Below are positions 48,958-59,192 of a DNA stretch of 64,000 bases, piece by piece (position 1 is the stretch's first letter; every line of letters begins with the position of its first letter). A model generated the notes under the pieces. That model was given only the letters and a program-made list of their open reading frames with translations. It searched no databases and was not told the origin of the DNA. The stretch is taken from positions 72,610 through 136,609 of the forward strand of contig CALWEA010000001.1 in NCBI GenBank assembly GCA_944376905.1, written 5' to 3'. Position numbers and translations under genes: made by a program. This DNA comes from an uncultured Clostridia bacterium (GTDB lineage: Bacteria; Bacillota; Clostridia; Christensenellales; UBA1242).

Positions 48958-50088
48958 CTATATCTTTTTACAGTTAGATTTTTTGTAGACATTAAGGCAT
49001 AATCCAATAGCGCCCATAAATACTATTAAAGATGTGCTTCCAGCACTAATAAATGGTAGTGGTAATCCTGTAGGCGGTATACTTCCGGTTACAACTGCTA
49101 TATTTAATAAGGTTTGGACGGCTATAACACTTGCAATACCAGCAACCAATAAAGAACCAAATCTATCACACGAATTTCGAGATATTTTTATTAACAAATA
49201 TATTAAAAGACCAAAAATTAAAAGAATAACTAAACAACCAAAAAATCCAATCTCTTCACCCATTATTGAAAAAATAAAGTCGCTTTCTGCAAATGGTAGG
49301 AATAAAAATTTTTGTCGTGATTCAAAAAGGCCAACTCCAAATAAACCTCCGCTTCCCAAAGCATAGAGAGATTGAATCAATTGAAAACCCTCACCTTGTG
49401 GATTTGCCCAAGGGTCTAAAAATGCCATTAATCTGTTAACTCTATATGGTTCAAGAAAAATTAAAATAGGAACTATTGCCAATCCTAATGTTGCTAATAA
49501 ACCAAAGTGTTTACCGCTTATTCCTCCTAAAAACAACATTATAATTAATACTAGTGCTAAACACATAGTTATACTCATATTTGGTTCAATTATTACTAAT
49601 AAGCAAAAAACACCGCCAACAAATAACATGGGAAGAAGAGTTTTAAATGATTTTATTTTTTCGTGATTTTGTGATAAATGAATTGCACAAAATAAAACTA
49701 AAACAAATTTTGCTATTTCACTAGGTTGAAAACTAAATCCTCCAAATCCTATCCATCGTTTTGCTCCGTAGTTTTCTATTCCAATTCCCGGGATAAAGAC
49801 TAAAACTAGAAGTATGGTAGCGCATAAAACAGCCCACCATTTGAATTTTATTAATTTTTGATAATTAACATATCGCATAGCAACTAATGCTATTAATCCT
49901 AAAACAACGCCAATTATTTGTTTTGTCAAAAAATAATATTGATTATTATAATGAATTTCTGCGGAATAATAACTTGCACTATAAACCATTATGCAACCAA
50001 AAATTGTTAAAAAAACAACGCAAAAAATAACTCCAATAACAAGCCAATCAATTTTATTTTTTAAATTTATTTTTTTAAAATTTTTTAT
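48958..50088 (-). CDS. ftsW: SEDS-family peptidoglycan polymerase FtsW/SpoVE; probable non-canonical start
   Basis: Polytopic FtsW/RodA/SpoVE-type sequence located after murD. The listed ORF starts at ATG 49989. However, the frame is open up to TGA 50100..50098 and encodes KIDWLVIGVIFCVVFLTIFGCIMVYSAS, the conserved first TM helix. No ATG, GTG or TTG occurs in that stretch. GAGGTG (50099..50094) sits 5 nt before an in-frame ATA at 50088. Confidence 0.8.
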   Translation of the reverse strand: MKNFKKINLKNKIDWLVIGVIFCVVFLTIFGCIMVYSASYYSAEIHYNNQYYFLTKQIIGVVLGLIALVAMRYVNYQKLIKFKWWAVLCATILLVLVFIPGIGIENYGAKRWIGFGGFSFQPSEIAKFVLVLFCAIHLSQNHEKIKSFKTLLPMLFVGGVFCLLVIIEPNMSITMCLALVLIIMLFLGGISGKHFGLLATLGLAIVPILIFLEPYRVNRLMAFLDPWANPQGEGFQLIQSLYALGSGGLFGVGLFESRQKFLFLPFAESDFIFSIMGEEIGFFGCLVILLIFGLLIYLLIKISRNSCDRFGSLLVAGIASVIAVQTLLNIAVVTGSIPPTGLPLPFISAGSTSLIVFMGAIGLCLNVYKKSNCKKI

Positions 50089-50114
50089 TTTAACACCTCA
50101 TAAATTAATTATTA

Positions 50115-50130
50115 TTAGATATTTATCTAA
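50115..50130. promoter_or_regulatory. Copy 3 of palindrome TTAGATATTTATCTAA, 27-42 nt upstream of the proposed ftsW/spoVE start
   Basis: Exact string at 50115..50130. Confidence 0.45.
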
Positions 50131-50248
50131 ATAATGTAATTATACTTTATTTGTTAAAATTGTTTAATATTTTTAATTTATAATAATTTTTTTAATATTT
50201 AATTTGTTATAATTAAAAATTTGTTTAATTAAAAATATGTAAAAATAC

Positions 50249-51823
50249 TTAATTATCTTTTGTTTTATAAGTACTACATAAATTATTTATAATTTTTTTA
50301 AAACAAGTACCTCTTTGTTCATATGAAGAAAATTCATCAAAACTAGAACAGGCTGGTGATAGTAAAACAATATCATAACTTCTTGCAATTTTAAATGCTT
50401 TTTCGCTAGCAGATTTTAAGTTGTTTGCGGTTATGATATTTGTATTTTTAGCAACCTTGCAAATCTTAGTTAGAGTTTCTCCGTATGCTATAACACATTT
50501 TAATTTATGTTCAAAAATAGAGGAAAAATTTAGATTTTTATCACTTCCTCCTAAAAGTAAAATTATGTTTGATGCTAAATTTTTGTAGTAATCTTTAATT
50601 GCTTCAATAGCAAAATTGGTGCTTTCAACATTAGTTGATTTTGAATCGTTGATAAAAATTATATTATTATAAATTTTGAAAATTTCTAAACGGTGGGGTA
50701 ATGGATTAAATTGGTTAATTGCTTTTTCTATATATTTATTATTTATATTTGCAAGTTTTGCCAAACTTATCGCAGACAAAATATTTTCAAGGTTTTTTCT
50801 TCCTATTAATTTAATTTTATCTATATTCATAACTTTTTCATTTTTATAGAAAATGGAATTGTCTTTTTGGTTAAAGTAGGCCCCATTTGTTTTTTTGTCA
50901 ACACTAAAATATATTGCTTTGGAAATATTGTTAGAATAATAAACACTATATTTGTCGTTTAAGTTATATACTTTTTTTGATTTGTAGTATTTGTTAATTT
51001 TATCTTTTATATATCCGTATTTTATCATAGTTTTATGGCGCTTTAAATGATCGGCTTGTAGATTCAAAAAACATGTTGCATAAGGATAAAATTGTTCCGT
51101 TGTTTCAAGTTGATAACTGCTAACTTCACAAACAATATATGAATTTTTTGTTGTTTTATGAGCAATTTCGCAAATTGGTGTTCCAACATTCCCACATAAA
51201 AAAGTTTGTTTTTTTGCTGTTTTAAAAATTTCATATAGTAAATTAACCGTTGTTGTTTTTCCATTGGTTCCTGTTATTGCAAAAATTTTTCCTTTGCAAT
51301 ATTTGGCACCCAATTCTAGTTCACTGATTGTTTTTATTTTTGCTTCTTTAACTTTTTTGAATTCATTAGAATTAAGAGAAATACCTGGACTGACAACACA
51401 AAGGTTAATATTTAACGCTTTTAAATTATTTAAGTTATCTAAAAAAGTTATATTTGGTTCTAAGTTAAAAATTTTTGTTTTGGGTGTAAATTGATTAATA
51501 TCATAATTTTTTTTATTAAAATTTTTTTTATAAAATATGGAATTAACATTATTTAAGTTTGCTGTGTTGACTTTAAAAATTTTATTATTTTTTAATTTAA
51601 TAAGTTTTCTTTGATTTATTTTTTTATATTCATTATTTATTTTGCTTGTTTTGTTTAATGCTTTTATATTTTTGTCATTTAAAATATTAACTGTGAAATT
51701 TTTATCATAAACAAAAATATTGGCTTTCATTTTTAATAAAAATTCACAAGCTGATTTCCCACTTTTGCCATAACCTAAAATTAAAATGTTTTTGTTAGTT
51801 AACTTTTTCAAAATATCCTCCAA
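50249..51823 (-). CDS. murD: UDP-N-acetylmuramoylalanine--D-glutamate ligase with ~70-80-aa Asn/Lys-rich insertion in the N-domain
   Basis: ILILGYGKSGKS Rossmann N-terminus, VVSPGI and ITGTNGKTTT P-loop. The TTG at 51823 overlaps GGAGG, so the TTG at 51811 is an alternative start. Confidence 0.85.
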   Translation of the reverse strand: MEDILKKLTNKNILILGYGKSGKSACEFLLKMKANIFVYDKNFTVNILNDKNIKALNKTSKINNEYKKINQRKLIKLKNNKIFKVNTANLNNVNSIFYKKNFNKKNYDINQFTPKTKIFNLEPNITFLDNLNNLKALNINLCVVSPGISLNSNEFKKVKEAKIKTISELELGAKYCKGKIFAITGTNGKTTTVNLLYEIFKTAKKQTFLCGNVGTPICEIAHKTTKNSYIVCEVSSYQLETTEQFYPYATCFLNLQADHLKRHKTMIKYGYIKDKINKYYKSKKVYNLNDKYSVYYSNNISKAIYFSVDKKTNGAYFNQKDNSIFYKNEKVMNIDKIKLIGRKNLENILSAISLAKLANINNKYIEKAINQFNPLPHRLEIFKIYNNIIFINDSKSTNVESTNFAIEAIKDYYKNLASNIILLLGGSDKNLNFSSIFEHKLKCVIAYGETLTKICKVAKNTNIITANNLKSASEKAFKIARSYDIVLLSPACSSFDEFSSYEQRGTCFKKIINNLCSTYKTKDN

Positions 51824-51876
51824 TATTTTGGCGTAGAAAACATTTTAATTTTTTAAAATTTTTTTTAATTATTCTT

Positions 51877-52866
51877 TTAAATAATCAAGTTTAATATTAA
51901 ATATGTTAATACGCCAATAAATAAGGTTGTTATGGTATATACTATGACAATTTTATTTTCATTAAAACCTTTTTTTTCAAAATGATGGTGTAATGGTGCC
52001 ATTAAAAATATTCTTTTTTTTGTTTTTTTATAGTATAAAACTTGTATTATATCTGACAAAGATGTTAAAACAAATGGTAAGCCTAAAATTAAGACATAAA
52101 GTTCTAATCCTGAAAAAACTGCTATTGAACTTAAAAATCCACCTAGTGCCAAAGAACCGGTGTCTCCCATAAATATACATGCTGGATATCCATTAAAAAT
52201 TAAAAAAGCAAAAAGAGAACCTATAACTGCATAAGAAACTATTTGTAAATTTTGTAATTCTATTAACAAACTACCGCTTGTTATGTTTAAAATTAATGAT
52301 ACTATTAATGAAAAGCCAACTAAATATGCAATATTAACTCCACCACAAAGGCCGTCTAATCCATCTATAAGATTGACGCTATTTACTAATGCAACAAAAA
52401 ACAATATAATAAACGGTATTATGAAAATTCCCAAATCTAATGTTTGTGTTGTAAATGGTATTGCAATAGAACTTCCAACATAATTATAAACAAAAATTCC
52501 TATAATTAAAGAAACACCAACTTGTCCTATAATTTTTTGATATGCTTTTAATCCTAAATTTTGATGGTTTTTTATTTTTATGTAATCGTCTAAAAATCCT
52601 AAGATTCCGTAACTAATCATTATAACTATTGATAATAAAGCAAAAGTATAGTTTCCTTGAAAAGCAAAAAAACTTCCAATAAGAGCGCCTAAAATAAATA
52701 TAAAACCTCCCATTGTTGGAGTTCCCTGTTTTATTTTATGGGCTTCGACATATCCTAAAATTGTTTGAGATGCTTTTAATTTTTTACACAAAAACAAAAT
52801 TATAGGACTTATTGCAAATGCAATTATAAAACTAAATGCCATAACAAACAAACATTTAACAACCAT
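51877..52866 (-). CDS. mraY: Phospho-N-acetylmuramoyl-pentapeptide transferase
   Basis: KQGTPTMGG, FLDDYIKI, NLIDGLDGL, MGDTGSLALGG and APLHHHFE motifs. RBS GGAGGA. Confidence 0.9.
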   Translation of the reverse strand: MVVKCLFVMAFSFIIAFAISPIILFLCKKLKASQTILGYVEAHKIKQGTPTMGGFIFILGALIGSFFAFQGNYTFALLSIVIMISYGILGFLDDYIKIKNHQNLGLKAYQKIIGQVGVSLIIGIFVYNYVGSSIAIPFTTQTLDLGIFIIPFIILFFVALVNSVNLIDGLDGLCGGVNIAYLVGFSLIVSLILNITSGSLLIELQNLQIVSYAVIGSLFAFLIFNGYPACIFMGDTGSLALGGFLSSIAVFSGLELYVLILGLPFVLTSLSDIIQVLYYKKTKKRIFLMAPLHHHFEKKGFNENKIVIVYTITTLFIGVLTYLILNLII

Positions 52867-53442
52867 TTTTCCTCCATTTTATTTATTATTTACATAGACT
52901 TATAATAAAAAAATATTTTTTATTATATTTTTCAGTATAAAAATTTTTCCAGTATAAAAAATTTTTTTTAACATAAAAGATATTTTTGGCATACATAAAA
53001 GAATTTTTTTAACATAAATAGAATTTTATTAAAAAAATTATATATGTATTTAGTTTATTGCAAATTTATTGTTTTTATTTGTTTTATTTAAAAATTTTTT
53101 ATTTTTATTTTTATTTTTTTATTTTTATTTTCATTGTTTATTTAATTTCCTTTGCTATATTAAAATTTTTATTTTTTTATTTATTTTTTATTCTTTATTT
53201 AAGAATTTTATATTAAATTTTTATTAATTAATTTATTTCAATAAATGTTATTTTCTATCTTATTATTTTATGAAGTATAAATTAAATTTATTTAAAACTA
53301 AAACTTTTTTATTTTTCATATTTTAGATATTGATTATTTAAAATTATATTTAAAAATTAAAGTTTATATTTTAATTTATCAAAAAGAATAATTTTTTCAT
53401 AAATTTATAAAAGATATATATTTTTTCAGGAGTATGTTTGAA

Positions 53443-54897
53443 ATGAATTTAGATTATTTATTAAGGTCGACAAAGATAAAGAAAATAGTTGGTAAAACAA
53501 AAAACGTAAAAATAGATTATATAACTGTAAATAGTCGTGAAAAACATAAAAATATGCTTTATATTGCTCAAAGTGGAAGTAATGTTGATGGACATAGTTT
53601 TGTTGATGAGGCTATTATAAATGGTGCGGTTGCTTTGGTTGTTGAACATGAATTGCCACATTATAAATTTCCGCAAATTGTTGTTGAAAATTCGAGAATT
53701 GCGGTTGCAACTATTGCTAGTCAATTTTATGGAAATCCAAAAGACAAATTAAAATTTATTGGAATAACAGGAACTAACGGTAAAACATCATGTGCATTAT
53801 TCATTTCTCAAATATTAAATTCTGTTGGCTATAACACGGCAACTTTTGGAACTTTGGGTATTTATGCTAATGGTAAACATGAAAAATCCAATTTAACAAC
53901 CCCAGACCCTATTTTTTTTCATAAAACTTTATCAAAATTAGTTAAAGATAATATTAAATATATTGTTATGGAGGTTTCCGCTCATTCTATTGCTTTGGAG
54001 AAAGTTTGTAATATAAATTTTGAAGTTGGGATATTAACAAATATAACCCAAGACCACCTAGATTATTTTTTAAATATGAAAAATTATGCATCAACCAAAT
54101 TAAAATGGATAAATAGTTCTAATGTTAAACATGCTGTTGTCAATGCTGATGATAATTTAATAAAAAATGGTATAGAAAGGAAGTCTAATACTTTATTTTT
54201 TGGTTTAAGTGGGAAAAATGATATTAAGTGTTTTGATATTGTAAAAGATGTTAATGGAAGTTGTTTCAACTTATCTTTATTTCAAAAAGTTGTTAAAGCA
54301 AAAATTAATTTGGTTGGTGAATTTAATATATATAATGTAATGGCAGTTGTTGGTTGTTCTCATCTTTTAGGACTTAATTTAAATGTCATAATTTCTTCTC
54401 TTGAAAAATTAAAAGCACCTATTGGGCGATTTAATGTTATAAAATTAACAAATAACAAAATTGTTGTTGTTGATTTTGCTCATACTCCCGATAGTTTGGA
54501 AAAAGTTTTAAAAAGTGCCAGAGAAGTTTGCAAAGGTGAATTAATAAGTTTGTTTGGTTGTGGCGGAGATAGAGATAGAACAAAAAGAGCGATAATGGGT
54601 GAAATAAGTGAGAATTTGGCTGATTTCACAATTATAACGAGCGATAATCCACGATTTGAAAAACCTGAAGAAATATTAAATGAAATTGAGAGTGGAATGA
54701 AAACTCATAATTATTTAAAGATTTCTGACAGAAAAATTGCAATTAATAAAGCGTTAAGTATGTTAAAGCCTAATGATATTGTTGTTATAAGTGGAAAAGG
54801 TGGGGAACTTTATCAGGATATTAATGGAATAAAAATTCCATATAATGATTTTGAGGAAGTTGAAAAATTTAAAAAATTCTTAATTGATAAAAAATAA
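53443..54897 (+). CDS. murE: UDP-N-acetylmuramoyl-L-alanyl-D-glutamate--2,6-diaminopimelate ligase
   Basis: GITGTNGKTS P-loop, and DNPR in ITSDNPRFE (the meso-DAP-type signature). ATG 53443 lies 10 nt after AGGAG, whereas the listed 53434 is only 1 nt after it. Confidence 0.9.
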   Translation: MNLDYLLRSTKIKKIVGKTKNVKIDYITVNSREKHKNMLYIAQSGSNVDGHSFVDEAIINGAVALVVEHELPHYKFPQIVVENSRIAVATIASQFYGNPKDKLKFIGITGTNGKTSCALFISQILNSVGYNTATFGTLGIYANGKHEKSNLTTPDPIFFHKTLSKLVKDNIKYIVMEVSAHSIALEKVCNINFEVGILTNITQDHLDYFLNMKNYASTKLKWINSSNVKHAVVNADDNLIKNGIERKSNTLFFGLSGKNDIKCFDIVKDVNGSCFNLSLFQKVVKAKINLVGEFNIYNVMAVVGCSHLLGLNLNVIISSLEKLKAPIGRFNVIKLTNNKIVVVDFAHTPDSLEKVLKSAREVCKGELISLFGCGGDRDRTKRAIMGEISENLADFTIITSDNPRFEKPEEILNEIESGMKTHNYLKISDRKIAINKALSMLKPNDIVVISGKGGELYQDINGIKIPYNDFEEVEKFKKFLIDKK

Positions 54898-55031
54898 TTC
54901 ACTTAACTATATAAATAATAAAAGAGTTGAAATTTTAAAAGTAATTCTTTTTTAATAAATTTTTTTATTAACAAATAAAAAATAAGATTATAAAGTTGAT
55001 AAAATTTATTTTTTATGATATTATAATCTTG

Positions 55032-56510
55032 ATGAAAAGATTTGTAAGTTTATTTTTTGTTTTTATTTTAATTGTTCCTTGTTTGTTTTTAAGCGGGTGC
55101 TTGTTTTTTGGTGGTGATGGAGATGAACCTCAGGTTGATGAAAACGGAAATCCTCTTTATGAAGAAGGAGAGATAGAGGGATTCAAAGTTGCATATAGAA
55201 ACAATAATTATTCTCTTGACAACACTATTCAAGATTATGCTAAATTCATAGTAACAGAGTTATATGCAAATTTTGGTATACTTAACGATTATTCTCATAC
55301 AACAAAATTAAGTGATGATGATAAACCTGACAGTGAAGTTGCTTCAAACTATGATAAGATTCGTGTTCAAACTCAATTAACAGAAGTTAATAGAAGTGTA
55401 AGTTGGAATTGGACATTTTCACAATCTGCTGAAAACGTTCCTTCTTTAAGCACTGTTGATGACACTGTTAATTATTATTCGAGTACAATACGTCAAAATG
55501 CCTATTATGATGAATTTGTACCGGTTTATTCTATTGCATTAGAAATTGTTTTATATGATATTATTTTAGATGTAACTCCACATGTCTTTTCAATTGTTGT
55601 TAATCAAAATAATGGTATGACGAGTGTTTATGCAGACGAACAACAAACTCAACTTATTGAAGTTGTTAATATTGGATATTGTGATGCTCTTGATAACGCA
55701 AGAGAGAATTTTAAAAACAATGCAACTTATGTTGGTTTAACCGAAAACGATATATCTCAATTAAAGGAATATATTTTAAATTATGTTATTGGAACTCATA
55801 TAGTTGGAACAATTTATGATAATGTTGTTGTTAATGGAAAAGAAACAACTTATTCACAGATTTTAGATAATATTTTAAAAATAGACCCTTTTAATTTTAA
55901 TGACAATGAAGGTAATGAAAATGAAACAAATACTAAGTCAATTTTCAATCCTTATCCAATTTCATCTATAAAAGATTTTTACGATAATTTATATATAAAT
56001 ACAGATTCAACAAGTTGTTTGGAACATATAACGGCAAGAGAATATCAATCAATAATTATTGAACCAGCGGACACAACATCTAATTTAGTTGGTTTATTTT
56101 ATGCTCTTGAAAGTGAATATGATATGGTTATAAATGTTTCTTTAAATTACTACAATTTTTCTTCTGATACGTATACAGTTGTTGATTCGCAACTTGTTAA
56201 TATTAAAGGTGGGGTATGGAGTGCGAAAAATATTTTGCTTTTAAATGCAAGTTCAAGTTATAAAATTTCAAAATTCAACCCTCCATCTGCTATGCAGGTG
56301 AGTGATGAAACAAGTATTAGTAATACTAATGGGTTGGCAAACTATTATGATGTATATGATAATGGTTATGGGGGTATTGCTATTGGAAATGGTGAAAAAA
56401 TAGGTCAATCTTATTATGAGATTCGGTTTGAAATAAGAAAAGATGGGTCTAAAACATTTTATCCTTTTAAATTTGGAATGTTATCAGTTTTTCCAGGAAA
56501 TAATAAATAA
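55032..56510 (+). CDS. Hypothetical lipoprotein
   Basis: MKRFVSLFFVFILIVPCLFLSGC gives a lipobox LSGC. The listed TTG 54996 extension is AT-spacer translation. Confidence 0.6.
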   Translation: MKRFVSLFFVFILIVPCLFLSGCLFFGGDGDEPQVDENGNPLYEEGEIEGFKVAYRNNNYSLDNTIQDYAKFIVTELYANFGILNDYSHTTKLSDDDKPDSEVASNYDKIRVQTQLTEVNRSVSWNWTFSQSAENVPSLSTVDDTVNYYSSTIRQNAYYDEFVPVYSIALEIVLYDIILDVTPHVFSIVVNQNNGMTSVYADEQQTQLIEVVNIGYCDALDNARENFKNNATYVGLTENDISQLKEYILNYVIGTHIVGTIYDNVVVNGKETTYSQILDNILKIDPFNFNDNEGNENETNTKSIFNPYPISSIKDFYDNLYINTDSTSCLEHITAREYQSIIIEPADTTSNLVGLFYALESEYDMVINVSLNYYNFSSDTYTVVDSQLVNIKGGVWSAKNILLLNASSSYKISKFNPPSAMQVSDETSISNTNGLANYYDVYDNGYGGIAIGNGEKIGQSYYEIRFEIRKDGSKTFYPFKFGMLSVFPGNNK

Positions 56511-56548
56511 TTAAAAATAAAAATAGTAAAAAAATAAAAGGTGTGTTT

Positions 56549-57499
56549 ATGGATATAGAGGAAATGAAAAAAATTCATGGGCCGATTGTTCGTTTGGCTT
56601 ATGATATAAATGTTGTTAATTTAGAGGCTAAAAAAAATCCTAAAAAATTAATTGCAACAGCAGAAAAATTCTATCATGATCAAATTAATAGTATTGTTAA
56701 AAAAGTTGTTGAGAAACAAATTAAAATTATTAAAATTGCAGGTCCTTCTGCTTCTGGTAAAACAACAACTGCAAAATTGATTGCAAGCACATTAAAAAAA
56801 GTTGGTATTGGAAGTGTTGTTATTTCATTAGATGATTTTTTTCTTCCTCGTGAAAAAACCCCAAAACTTCCTAACGGAAATTACGATTTTGAAAATATAA
56901 CAGCAATTGACCAAAAATTGTATACAAAATTTATGAAATCTTTAATAAATAATTGTTTTGCGAACAAACCAATTTTTGATTTTATTGCAGGTAAAAGTTT
57001 AAAAACAGAATTAATAAAAATTAATAATCAAGATGTTATTATTATAGAAGGAATTCATGCTTTAAATCCTATATTTGAAAAAGGATTAAATGCAAAAAAA
57101 TATAATATTTACATTTCTTGTGAGGCAAATTATGTGTGGGGGCGTGAATTGTTGATACCTGCGAGAATTTTGCGATTAATGCGTCGCTGTTTGCGTGATT
57201 TTTATAAAAGGGGAACAAGTATTGATGAAACATTGAAGGCATGGCCGAATGTTTGTAGAGGAGAAAGTGATTATATTAAGCCATTTAAGTATACTGCTAA
57301 TTTTTTACTTGACAGTACGCATGTTTATGAACCTTTGCTTTATGATGTTTATTTAAAACCTTTATTAATTCATTCTAATAAAGAAAATAAATATATACAA
57401 GATTTTAATTATATTTTTTCTAAAACAGGAAAAATGACAAAAGATTATATTCCTGCAAATTCATTAATTTGGGAAATATTGGTTAAAAATGATAATTGA
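56549..57499 (+). CDS. Uridine-kinase/PRK-family nucleoside kinase-like protein
   Basis: P-loop IAGPSASGKTTTA, ISLDDFF, NYDFENITAID and VIIIEGIHAL follow the Udk pattern. TGA stop. Confidence 0.65.
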   Translation: MDIEEMKKIHGPIVRLAYDINVVNLEAKKNPKKLIATAEKFYHDQINSIVKKVVEKQIKIIKIAGPSASGKTTTAKLIASTLKKVGIGSVVISLDDFFLPREKTPKLPNGNYDFENITAIDQKLYTKFMKSLINNCFANKPIFDFIAGKSLKTELIKINNQDVIIIEGIHALNPIFEKGLNAKKYNIYISCEANYVWGRELLIPARILRLMRRCLRDFYKRGTSIDETLKAWPNVCRGESDYIKPFKYTANFLLDSTHVYEPLLYDVYLKPLLIHSNKENKYIQDFNYIFSKTGKMTKDYIPANSLIWEILVKNDN

Positions 57500-57570
57500 T
57501 TAAGATAATTTTATAAGAAAAATAATAAAACAAATTATAAATTTTTATAGATAAAAAAGGAATATTGTAA

Positions 57571-58095
57571 ATGGAACCTAGAAGAGTTGGAAAATTTGAA
57601 AAAGTTAGTTATGAAGAATTTGAAAAAGCAGTAAAAGAAATTTTGCCTGAAAAAAATATGGATATTAAGTCAGTTTACGAAAATATTAAAATTCCATGTC
57701 GTGGAACGGCATTGGCGGCGGGGTATGATTTTTTTGCACCTTTTGATATAGTTTTAAAACCAAAAGAAACTATAAAAATTCCTTCAGGAATTCGTTGTTG
57801 GATGGAAGAAAATTATTTTTTAGCAATAGTTCCAAGAAGTAGTTTTGGATTTAAATTTAGGCTTCAACTTGACAACACTATTGGTATAATAGATGCGGAT
57901 TTTAGTGATTCTAAAATGAAAGGACATATGATGATAAAAATAACAAACGATACTGTCGAAGATAAGATTTTAGAAATAAAAGCAGGACAAGGTTTTGTTC
58001 AAGGTATATTTTTACCTTATGCTATAACTTATGATGACGATGTTCATAATTTTAGAGAAGGTGGATTTGGAAGTACTGACAAGCAAAATACTTAA
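57571..58095 (+). CDS. dut: dUTP diphosphatase (long Firmicute form)
   Basis: GTALAAGYDFFAP, PRSSFG, IGIIDADF and REGGFGSTD. Confidence 0.75.
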   Translation: MEPRRVGKFEKVSYEEFEKAVKEILPEKNMDIKSVYENIKIPCRGTALAAGYDFFAPFDIVLKPKETIKIPSGIRCWMEENYFLAIVPRSSFGFKFRLQLDNTIGIIDADFSDSKMKGHMMIKITNDTVEDKILEIKAGQGFVQGIFLPYAITYDDDVHNFREGGFGSTDKQNT

Positions 58096-58223
58096 AAAAT
58101 AAATTAAAATTTATAAGTTGTAAATTTAAAATCAAGTCTAAGAAAGAAAAAATAATCAATTTAGATTAAGTAAATAAATTTTTAAAAAAACTTTACAAAA
58201 AATAACTATCATAAAACTTGCAA

Positions 58224-58265
58224 AATAAAAAAAGAACTCTACAAAAGTAAAGTTCTTTTTTATTA
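58224..58265. terminator. Bidirectional terminator between dut and ppa
   Basis: AAAGAACT(c)TAC-aaaa-GTA(a)AGTTCTTT, flanked by an A-run and a T-run. Confidence 0.7.
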
Positions 58266-58270
58266 AAAAT

Positions 58271-58807
58271 TTATTTTTTTCCTAATATATCTTTTTCATA
58301 TTTTTTCATTGCGTTTAATATGTGTTTTGCTGCTGCTTCATGTCCTTCAATACTTCCTATTTCAACTTTTTTATTTTCAAGTTGTTTATAAACAGAAAGG
58401 AAATGAGAAAGTTCATCAAACAAATTTTTAGGAAGTTCGGAAATATCAGAGTATTTGTTATAAACAGGGTCTCCAAAAGGTATAGCGATAATTTTTTCAT
58501 CTTGTTCACTTTGGTCGGTCATGTTCAATATTCCTATTGGGAAGCATTGAACAAGACTTCCACTTTGTATTGATTGACTGCAAAGAACAAAAACATCAAG
58601 TGGGTCTCCATCTTCACAAAGAGTCAAAGGTATAAAGCCGTAACTCATAGGGTAATGTGTTGCTGTGTAAAGAACTCTATCAAGGATAATAAGTCCAGTT
58701 TCTTTATCTAATTCGTATTTATTTTTGCTTCCTCTTTCTATTTCAATGAAAGCAATAAAATTATTTGGTCTAATTCTTTTTTCATCTATATCTTTCCAAA
58801 TGTTCAT
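58271..58807 (-). CDS. ppa: Inorganic pyrophosphatase, family I
   Basis: IEIERGSKNKYELD, YPMSYGFIP and DGDPLDVFVL. Confidence 0.9.
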   Translation of the reverse strand: MNIWKDIDEKRIRPNNFIAFIEIERGSKNKYELDKETGLIILDRVLYTATHYPMSYGFIPLTLCEDGDPLDVFVLCSQSIQSGSLVQCFPIGILNMTDQSEQDEKIIAIPFGDPVYNKYSDISELPKNLFDELSHFLSVYKQLENKKVEIGSIEGHEAAAKHILNAMKKYEKDILGKK

Positions 58808-58882
58808 TATATATTCTCCTTTTATTTTGCAGAGATGATTTTAGCACATTGATAAAAATTTTTCAAGCATTTTATTAAACAT

Positions 58883-58910
58883 TTGACATTTTTGTCTTAA
58901 TTGTTATAAT
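58883..58910 (+). promoter_or_regulatory. Consensus sigma-A-type promoter with extended -10 (TTGACA-16-TGtTATAAT)
   Basis: TTGACA at 58883..58888 and TATAAT at 58905..58910, preceded by TGT. It lies about 280 nt upstream of sufC. Confidence 0.5.
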
Positions 58911-59039
58911 AAAAAATGTTTAATTTTTAAATAATAAAAATAACTTTCAACAATTTTTATAAATATAAAGATATTTTAATATAAAAATAATAAAAAATAA
59001 TAATAAGCATATTAAAAATTTTTATTTAAATATTAAGTT

Positions 59040-59091
59040 GTTTTAAATTTGATTGAGTTCCAAATGTTTTAAATTTGATTGAGTTGCAAAT
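59040..59091. repeat. 26-bp tandem duplication (gttttaaatttgattgagttScaaat) in the suf leader / ppa-suf divergent region
   Basis: Copies at 59040..59065 and 59066..59091 differ at one base. Confidence 0.85.
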
Positions 59092-59192
59092 AAAATATTA
59101 AATATATTATAACAGGTTAAATGGTTAAAAAACTTACAAGTTAAAATTTTGAAAAGTTTAATGTTCAAGTTATATAAAATTAATTATTTGAG

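Noticed and set aside
50521-50546. A seventh palindrome copy (tttagatttttatcacttcc) inside murD
   Set aside because: It matches only the first 13 of 16 positions and the right half-site is lost, so it is not counted.
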